This document shows positions 8,838 through 15,388 of a stretch of 15,388 bases of DNA, in pieces. The DNA comes from Amoeboradix gromovi X-113 (Eukaryota; Fungi; Sanchytriomycota): positions 1 through 15,388 of the forward strand of contig JADGIF010000193.1 in NCBI GenBank assembly GCA_018985225.1, written 5' to 3'. Position numbers and translations under genes: made by a program. The notes below the pieces were generated by a model. The model did not search any database and was not told where the DNA came from. It saw nothing but the letters and a program-made list of their open reading frames with translations. The first letter of the stretch is position 1, and each line of letters opens with the position of its first letter.

Positions 8838-9524
8838 TTAAATCTTTTCGAAGTCATCTTCAGACATTGCAGAAACAGTATCATCTAATGGAATCACAGT
8901 TAGCGCAGGAGATTGCTGTCTCTCCAAGATACTTGAGTAATCAGTTTGAGTAGCCAGTGATGATTTCTGAGGGCTAGTTTGACAAGAAACTGCTTCCGGG
9001 GGATTGTCATTTGTTGACTCTGGTTTGACACGATCAGGTTCTTTGGTAGTTTTAGCTTCATTAGGTTGACAATAAAAATTCAAATTAGTAATTTCATCAG
9101 ATCGAGGCAAATTGGGTTCAACCTGAAGTGTAAAATGCTCCCAATCTCTGCAATGCTCTTTAAGACCTGGAATAGATCTGTTAGCAGACACCCAGAAACC
9201 AGTGTATGACTGCAATGATATTTTGTACGCAAAGTCATCATGTTTCTCGATTACTTGCAGTCTAAATTTGCATCGATTAGAAAAATAATTTTCGCATCTC
9301 AACTGGTTCTCATAAACACATACCCACTTGCCGTTATGGCTGCGCAACGAGTACAGTCCTTTGTCCGCATATAATTCAAATATTTCCCAAGCTTCAATCT
9401 TTATTCTGTCCCATATTAGAAATTCACCCAAAATAAGATACTCACAGCACAGATATTTATCAAAATGACTTTTTAGCGACACGTATCCCAGCAATTTGGC
9501 ATCTAACGAACTTGAAGTCGTCAT
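8838..9524 (-). CDS. Single fascin/hisactophilin-like beta-trefoil protein with a disordered C-terminal tail, 228 aa
   Basis: Three internal repeats: VSLKSHFDKYL...AWEIFEL, YSLRSHNGKWV...CKFRL, ISLQSYTGFWV...DWEHFTL. Followed by an S/T/P/E-rich tail. Confidence 0.8.
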   Translation of the reverse strand: MTTSSSLDAKLLGYVSLKSHFDKYLCCEYLILGEFLIWDRIKIEAWEIFELYADKGLYSLRSHNGKWVCVYENQLRCENYFSNRCKFRLQVIEKHDDFAYKISLQSYTGFWVSANRSIPGLKEHCRDWEHFTLQVEPNLPRSDEITNLNFYCQPNEAKTTKEPDRVKPESTNDNPPEAVSCQTSPQKSSLATQTDYSSILERQQSPALTVIPLDDTVSAMSEDDFEKI

Positions 9525-9625
9525 TGTTGTTTTAGTTGACCCTCGTTTAAACCGTTGAAGATTTAAAAGGTCAGTTATTTTTCTCTGGACTTAAAAGAGA
9601 GTGCCCCATCGCTCCGAAAACTTCA

Positions 9626-10114
9626 ATGAGATTGCCGGACGGCACTACCTCGAAAATTCTCATAATGGGCGGAAACGTGTCGCATATAAATTGTTCAGGA
9701 AGAGTTTTTCAATTGCATGAAACCTTGATGTACCTTTTTCTTATCTATGACAAATGTGTCAATATCAACACAGCTAGAATAGGTCAAATCTACAGAAGAT
9801 ACTGGGAAATACAGGTATTAATCGTCTACAGGAGCTACTCGAAATTTTTCAACGCCAGAAAAGAGATGATATCTGCGACAGAATTGTCTGATAAACAAAG
9901 GGGATATTAAATAACATCAAGACTTTCTTAAGGGCTTTTTCGCTTCAGAAATATGAAAGATACTGTCAGTGTTCACTTACCAGTAAATCGCTATTCTGCC
10001 CCGCCTCATAGTCATGGAATTGTTAGCAGCCAGTGCTATCGAGTGATCAACTTATCCAGTTTCTCTGTGGAAGATCTTGATTTTCTCGTAAATCTGGACT
10101 TAAACGAAGAGTAG
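9626..10114 (+). pseudogene. Relic copy 2 of the unidentified multicopy coding sequence (frame-broken; possibly a gene with micro-introns)
   Basis: Homologous to 761-961 in three collinear blocks (9871-9880, 9914-9921, 9995-10111). The strongest similarity stops at the gaa gag TAG stop (10112-10114). Reading frames are interrupted by stops and shifts. Confidence 0.5.
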
Positions 10115-10209
10115 GTATCTAGGCATATGAAAACTCCTAAATTACGTAATTAATTTTCAGGCCAGCCTATTAATCAGTTAACTCGTCGAGGTTACCCGAA
10201 ACAAGCAAA

Positions 10210-11549
10210 ATGTCTGCTGGTGATACTGCTTTCTTGCTCCTGTGCGGAGCTCTTGTTTTCATCATGATTCCTGGACTGGGATATTTTTATAGCGGAATGG
10301 CTAACACTAAATCTGCATTGAGCATGCTTTTGCTTTGCTTTGTTTCCTATTCTATAGTAATGATCCAATGGTTTTTATTTGGATACTCGTTAGTGTTTAG
10401 TACCGACAGTGGCCCATTTATTGGATCATTTACCAACGGAGTGTTTGTTAACATGACCTCACAAACTACTGATCCAGCCTTATTCCCTGACTTTGCTTAC
10501 GCATTTTATCAATCTACATTTGCGGGCATATCGCCAGCTCTTGTTATCGGTGCAACTGCTGAGAGAGCTCGTTTACTTCCTAAAATGCTTTTTATCTTTC
10601 TTTGGAGTACCTTTGTTTATGATTTCATCGCTTATTGGTCCTGGGGAAAGAATGGCTGGCTAAAGACAAACGGTAGTTTAGATTTCGCAGGGGGCAGTCC
10701 AGTCCATATCGCATCTGGTGCAGCTGCTTTAGCTTATGCTATAATCATTGGAAGACGTAAGAATCAAGCTCTTGTTGCTCATTCTGCTTCTAACGTAATT
10801 CTTGGTACTCTATTCCTATGGTTTGGGTGGAACGGTTTTAATGGTGGTTCTGCAAGTGCTGCAAATGGAAGAGCTGCTGCGGCTATTATTGCTACTAACT
10901 TGGCTGCCTCTAGTGGATCTTTAACGTGGATGATCATTGATTACGTAAAGCGCGGCAAATTCAGTGCTATATCTTTTTGCAGTGGTGCTGTAGCTGGTCT
11001 AGTAGCAGTCACTCCTGCTTCTGGGTTTGTTAGTCCAGGAAGCTCTATCCTAATCGGAGTTATAGGTGCTTCCTGTTGCTGGCTAGCTTCTAAATTGAAG
11101 AGCAGACTTAATTTCGACGACACAGTAATTACTTATTAATGCAGTTGGATGTGTTTGCCGTTCATGGTGTTGGAGGAATTGTAGGTAACTTGTTAACTGG
11201 TGTGCTAACACAAAGATACTGGCCAAGTCTTGATGGCACTTCTATATTGTACAGTGGAGTAATTGAAGGCGAAGGGTTGCTATTGGCATGGCAAATTGTT
11301 GACTGCTTGGCATCATTCTCATGGTCATTTGGGGTCACTAGTGTTATACTCTTATTGTTGAACCGAATACCTGGATTATCGTTGAGGTTGGATGAAGACA
11401 ATGAAGAATTAGGAATTGACATGAGTGAGATGGGAGAAGTAGCGTTTGATTACATACATGAACTAAATGCAACAAGAAAAGAGAAGTCAGACTTGCTGAA
11501 AAGAACAGAAAGTCAGGAGCATTTGAAAGAAATAAATAATGCTGATTGA
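10210..11549 (+). CDS. Ammonium transporter (Amt/Mep family), 439 aa, join(10210..11124,11145..11549)
   Basis: PGLGYFYSG, YQSTFA, GATAER, DFAGGSPVH, WFGWNGFNGGS, GAVAGLVAVTPASGFV. Splicing a 20-nt intron joins FDDT|LDVFAVHG, the conserved DDxLDVFxxHG motif. Both pore histidines are present. Confidence 0.96.
11125..11144 (+). other. 20-nt spliceosomal intron (GTAATTACTTATTAATGCAG)
   Basis: GT..AG ends, phase 0. Precisely interrupts a conserved Amt motif and explains the frame change between the two ORFs. Confidence 0.92.
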
Positions 11550-11774
11550 TTAATAATTTCAGTTCCACTTTTGAGGAATCCGTATATCTTTGCAACTTTG
11601 AGTAAGTTGCTACACCAAATCATATAAATAAAAATTTGAAAGATAGGGAATTATTCAAGAAAAATGGAGAGGGTCTGGTTTGCCAATTCAGTGCTTTTAG
11701 TTCTTGCTTAACAGCATTCACAATGAACTAGATTGCATATTTGCTTATAATTTTCGAAACATTGAAATCGAACC

Positions 11775-14543
11775 ATGTTTGCTTGGAATTCTTCATCAAT
11801 ACCATTGCCGCTAAAAGCAATTAGCTGTATAAATATGAATCAAAACATATACTGTGGTTTGGAAAATGGTAAAGTCATTGTTTGTAACCCTAACAATGAA
11901 ATCCAAGAATTAGTTGGCCACGTTGATAAAATTACAGCCATAGCATGTTATGATGATTACTTATCAACAGGTGATTCCAGCGGGTTAATAATCATTTGGA
12001 AGTTCCATAAAAATGCTTTTTATGAAGAAATGAGCAACAACAAAACCAGCTCTCCGATTACAAGCTTGAAATACAGCGACTCTTTACTTGCTATTTCATA
12101 TTTAAATGGTCACTTAATAGTAGGTTCAGGTTCAGGCCAATTAGTGTGGCACTGTAGGCTCGACTCACAAATAGTCGACACCTGCTGGTGGAATGAGCAA
12201 CTATTGGTGTTAACTGACAGTCCTTGTGAAATTCATTTTTATTCAAATTCAGGCACTTTGAGCGCTGTCAAGTCAATAAATATTCAACAGCCCCTTAAAT
12301 TTGCAGTAAACCCACTTGTGAAGATACCAAATCAACAAGAACTGCTCTTTGTTTTCAAAACGAAGAAATCTCTGGTTGGCATGTTTGAGTTGGAATCTAA
12401 TAAACTAGTGGATTTCAAGGAAGCCAATGATTTCATATTTTTTAACAATCATTTGTTGCTTGTTCAATCCAATTTTCTCTGCATTTACTCCATAAACGGT
12501 AAATTTATAAACAAAGTGAAATCTAATGAGGTATTACTATTCGTTTCAGCATACAATGACTCTTTAATCTCGGCTTGTGTCAAATGCATTTCCTTCTATA
12601 AGCACCGCTCTTTATACCAGGTAGAGTACAATAATAATTATTTATTTTATATAAAAAACATATCCAGCAGTAATCGTCTGTGTATTTATACCCCAAGTGG
12701 AAATTTTTTTAAATCTCTCAATATTCCAAACCTCTGTTTATTTGCCACCAGCGCTACTCTTATTTGTTTTACCACAAGCACAGGAACAAGCAGTACAGTA
12801 AATATTTGCAACTACCAGGGGTTGCTAATTGAGTCATTCTCTGTTCCTTTTAAAATCATCTCTATAACTTTTGATGATTCGTTTCTTGGCTTTGTTTCTA
12901 ACCACTTTTACTACATTTATAAATCTTTTTTTTGCAACTCGGAACCTACTATTTCTTATTTAAACAAGCAATCAATTATCCACTGTCCTGTTGATCAGTT
13001 CCAACAGCAAATGTCACACTCTCATGATTTTATAAAATGCACAAAACACAATCACTTATTTTATATTTTAACCGAGAATTCCCAGCTGCTTATTATTAAT
13101 CCTTCTTTAGAACTGCTTACCACAATTGAACTTCCGATTGGACCCATCACTACTTTGTCCAGTTTCATCATAAACAAAAACCAAATTGCCATTATTTCTC
13201 ACTTCCAATTGTTTCTACTGTCTTACAATCAATCATCGGCAACATCGATAGCAATTCGTCAAAACGTTTTGGATGTTTTATTTCACAACGATCCCCATGT
13301 GTGCTGTCTGGAAAAACAAAAACTTACAATTTTAAATTCGGAGTCGGTAGTTATTGATGGCAACATTCTTTGCTACTTTCACAACTATCATATAATGTAT
13401 GTGGACTACCATGCCTTGCCTATAAAACCCACAAAATCAAACGTTTTCCAGATATATAAATGTGAGCAACTAATCATATGTAAATCAATAGATTCAGTAC
13501 CCAACGATCACTTTGTACTCTACGAGCTGTTGGCTATAGATTTGCTAAAGCAAGGTAATGTTTCAGCTGCGTTGCAAGCCACAAAACATTCCCGCAATAT
13601 ATCGCTTTTATTATTTATTAAAGGTTTAAACGGGGTTGATATGGCTGAGATATATGAATTCTTGGGGGATTTGGATTCTTGCATAGCTGTACACTCTAAA
13701 AACAAGAGTTTTAACAAAATCGCGGCGCTTCTGTACAAGAACAACAAATTTCTTTATCTACTCGATTACTTGGAGTATTTAACCAAACAGCAAGAAGAAG
13801 CTGTATACAAACATCTTGCAGATTACTATTACAGCATTGGTGATTACAAAGCAGCATTACAATACGTAAAAGACCCTTCAATGAGAATCAAATGTGCTTT
13901 ATATTCACGAGATGAGGCTACATTATTGGAGGTCCAAGCACCTATTAATAACATAGAATGGCCCAGCAGCAATTTCAAACAAACTGATGGCATTTTAGAC
14001 GGATTACTAAAGAACTGTCCGTTACGATCCAAAAAACGATTACTTTTTGTGTCAGCTATGCTGTCCAAAGATTTCAATAAACTGAAATTGCAGCATTACT
14101 TTCAGTTAGCTGTTAAAAACTGCAAGAATCAAAAATATTTGGAATCGATGATGTGCACGCTGCCACTTCTAATTCATCAATACGAGCTGGACTCCGTTTT
14201 GCTGGTTAGGGGAATATCCGCATATTACTGCAAAGAATATAATGCAAGTGCAGCATGTTTTGGAAGATACAGAATGAGAAATAAACTAGCGAATTTGGAG
14301 ATCAACTCTATGTTTTTACAATTTAATAAAATGGCACTAAATGCGCAGGACGGATTGATATGCATCAATTGTAGGCACACATCATTAATACAGAAGAGCT
14401 GCACCAAATGCAAGGAGAAAGTCGAATTTGATGATGATGGGATCATTAGTAAAAATAAGAAGAGGTGTAAACAGTGCGATAATATGATAAATGGAGATAT
14501 GTGTAAGATATGCCATTATCTGAATGTTGGCGAAATAAATTAA
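11775..14543 (+). CDS. WDR35: Divergent, shortened WDR35/IFT121 (intraflagellar transport complex A subunit), 922 aa
   Basis: N-terminal WD40 blocks are collinear with WDR35 as I recall it: QELVGH, LSTGDSSGLIIIW...YEEMSNN, ISYLNGHLIVGSGSGQLVW, EIHFYSNSG. Followed by a TPR-like helical region and four C-terminal CxxC pairs (CINC, CTKC, CKQC, CKICH). Confidence 0.85.
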   Translation: MFAWNSSSIPLPLKAISCINMNQNIYCGLENGKVIVCNPNNEIQELVGHVDKITAIACYDDYLSTGDSSGLIIIWKFHKNAFYEEMSNNKTSSPITSLKYSDSLLAISYLNGHLIVGSGSGQLVWHCRLDSQIVDTCWWNEQLLVLTDSPCEIHFYSNSGTLSAVKSINIQQPLKFAVNPLVKIPNQQELLFVFKTKKSLVGMFELESNKLVDFKEANDFIFFNNHLLLVQSNFLCIYSINGKFINKVKSNEVLLFVSAYNDSLISACVKCISFYKHRSLYQVEYNNNYLFYIKNISSSNRLCIYTPSGNFFKSLNIPNLCLFATSATLICFTTSTGTSSTVNICNYQGLLIESFSVPFKIISITFDDSFLGFVSNHFYYIYKSFFCNSEPTISYLNKQSIIHCPVDQFQQQMSHSHDFIKCTKHNHLFYILTENSQLLIINPSLELLTTIELPIGPITTLSSFIINKNQIAIISHFQLFLLSYNQSSATSIAIRQNVLDVLFHNDPHVCCLEKQKLTILNSESVVIDGNILCYFHNYHIMYVDYHALPIKPTKSNVFQIYKCEQLIICKSIDSVPNDHFVLYELLAIDLLKQGNVSAALQATKHSRNISLLLFIKGLNGVDMAEIYEFLGDLDSCIAVHSKNKSFNKIAALLYKNNKFLYLLDYLEYLTKQQEEAVYKHLADYYYSIGDYKAALQYVKDPSMRIKCALYSRDEATLLEVQAPINNIEWPSSNFKQTDGILDGLLKNCPLRSKKRLLFVSAMLSKDFNKLKLQHYFQLAVKNCKNQKYLESMMCTLPLLIHQYELDSVLLVRGISAYYCKEYNASAACFGRYRMRNKLANLEINSMFLQFNKMALNAQDGLICINCRHTSLIQKSCTKCKEKVEFDDDGIISKNKKRCKQCDNMINGDMCKICHYLNVGEIN

Positions 14544-14814
14544 TAAAGTAAATTTAAAATTGCTGATTGATATTTTAGACAAGAAAAAGTAAATAGTAAG
14601 ACATATTATAATTGCGTAATTTATACAAATTGCAAGCCTTTCAGTTTTTAGAGCGCTTCACTTCATTCGCAAACCAATCTCAAGTGATCCATTTTACGTA
14701 TCCATCTATTTGCCACACATTTAAAGCCTGGTATAAAAGAGACCATCGCGACTGTCTTTATGTCTCTTTGGTTACAAATCGCAACTGTTCTATTACTATC
14801 TTGCGTACCAATCA

Positions 14815-14930
14815 GAAATTTCTTGTCCATGGACTGAAGACGCTGGAATCTTCTGGTTGATTGGGTAAGGACTTGAGACTTTTCCAGAAAAAGCGAGAGA
14901 TTGCCCTGGATGATTCCATGAGGTATAAAA
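14815..14930 (+). promoter_or_regulatory. Heat-shock-element cluster and TATA box upstream of Hsp20
   Basis: GAAatTTC (14815-14822), GAAgaCGCtgGAAtcTTC (14836-14853), GACttTTCcaGAA (14877-14889), GATgaTTC (14909-14916), TATAAAA (14924-14930). Confidence 0.65.
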
Positions 14931-14955
14931 TGCGTTGCGACCGGATACGGTACAA

Positions 14956-15288
14956 ATGAGTTGCTACTTAAGATACGCACCGAGCGAAAACGACTTGAGA
15001 TACTGCATGCGAAATGTCGACAAGACAAACACACAGATAAAAGAAGAGGAAGAGCGCTACGCACTGTTCATGGACTTGCCTGGGTATCTTAAAGAGAACA
15101 TCAACATCGAGATAGTGCAGGATGAGTTGCATGTCAAGGCTAAGAAGAACGAGGACGAGGTTGAGAAGACATTCAGACTCCCAAAAGATGTGGACAAGGA
15201 ACGGGTAAGCGCAAGATCGCAGAACGGGGTCTTGGAAATCACATTAAACAAGCACCCAAAGTTTGTCAAACAAATTGCTATTGAGTAA
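14956..15288 (+). CDS. Small heat shock protein (Hsp20/alpha-crystallin domain), about 110 aa
   Basis: MDLPGYLKENINIEI, FRLPKDVD...VSARSQNGVLEITL, C-terminal IxI motif (IAI). The first ATG is at 14956 (acaaATG); the ORF-track start at 14935 is TTG. Confidence 0.9.
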   Translation: MSCYLRYAPSENDLRYCMRNVDKTNTQIKEEEERYALFMDLPGYLKENINIEIVQDELHVKAKKNEDEVEKTFRLPKDVDKERVSARSQNGVLEITLNKHPKFVKQIAIE

Positions 15289-15312
15289 ATATTTATTATT
15301 TTTTAAACACAA

Positions 15313-15388
15313 ATGAAGCTGCTGTGCTCCGGAAGACACGGTGATGTTTACAGACTTAAGAACAAAGCCATAAAATATAGTACCAATC
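15313..15388 (+). CDS. 5' fragment of a probable protein kinase-like gene (runs off the window)
   Basis: acaaATG start. Translation MKLLCSGRHGDVYRLKNKAIKYSTN has a Gly-loop-like SGxxGxVY followed by the AIK (beta-3 lysine) motif. Only 25 codons are visible. Confidence 0.6.
   Translation, partial: MKLLCSGRHGDVYRLKNKAIKYSTN

Noticed and set aside
9626-9730. MRLPDGTTSKI resembling a retropepsin flap of an LTR retrotransposon
   Set aside because: No catalytic D[ST]G upstream, and no RT, integrase or LTR evidence.
9740-10056. GATAA(G) sites upstream of Amt as nitrogen-regulation (AreA/Gln3-type) elements (9740-9745, 9890-9894, 10051-10056)
   Set aside because: Biologically plausible, but about three hits in roughly 680 bp of AT-rich DNA is near chance expectation.
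11139-11549. Separate 136-aa ORF, programmed frameshift, or split Amt pseudogene
   Set aside because: Fully explained as exon 2 of Amt after a 20-nt GT-AG intron.
14371-14393. GTAGGCACACATCATTAATACAG in WDR35: 23-nt GT..TTAATACAG matching the micro-intron 3' consensus
   Set aside because: The unspliced frame encodes the CINC...CTKC zinc-binding motif. Splicing would create an immediate TAA and delete the conserved C-terminus. At most a cryptic site.
2070-14582. Numerous 60-127 aa antisense or alternate-frame ORFs inside YTA7, MTR4, Amt and WDR35
   Set aside because: Shadow ORFs of long real genes, with no motifs.
14736-14769. 8-bp inverted repeat aaagagac/gtctcttt
   Set aside because: Short stem with a long loop, expected by chance.
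14663-15064. 133-aa minus-strand ORF, and plus-strand ORF 14612-14860
   Set aside because: Non-ATG starts, overlap with Hsp20 and/or its promoter, and no recognisable domain.
15348-15388. Hydrophobic minus-strand frame end (LVLYFMALFLSL*) as the tail of a convergent gene
   Set aside because: The plus-strand kinase-like reading, with a good start context and two ordered motifs, explains the segment better. It cannot be fully excluded at the window edge.

Overview
AT-rich, very gene-dense eukaryotic nuclear DNA using the standard genetic code. Protein signatures point to a zoosporic fungus or close relative: fungal-type Yta7 and Mep/Amt, plus an IFT-A flagellar gene. Genes in order: small ankyrin-repeat protein (-), Yta7/ATAD2 AAA+ bromodomain ATPase (-), Mtr4 RNA helicase (+), single fascin-like beta-trefoil protein (-), ammonium transporter (+), shortened and divergent WDR35/IFT121 (+), minimal Hsp20 (+), and the first 25 codons of a probable protein kinase (+). 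The most striking feature is two well-supported spliceosomal introns of only 19 and 20 nt. Both end in TTAATRCAG, a likely fused branch-point/acceptor. Other signs of genome compaction: 24-225 bp spacers between most genes, AATAAA signals on or next to stop codons, and ACCC/GGGT motifs near start codons. The only two long spacers (1-1436 and 9525-10209) both carry decayed copies of the same unidentified coding sequence. All calls were made by eye from the sequence, with no database searches.
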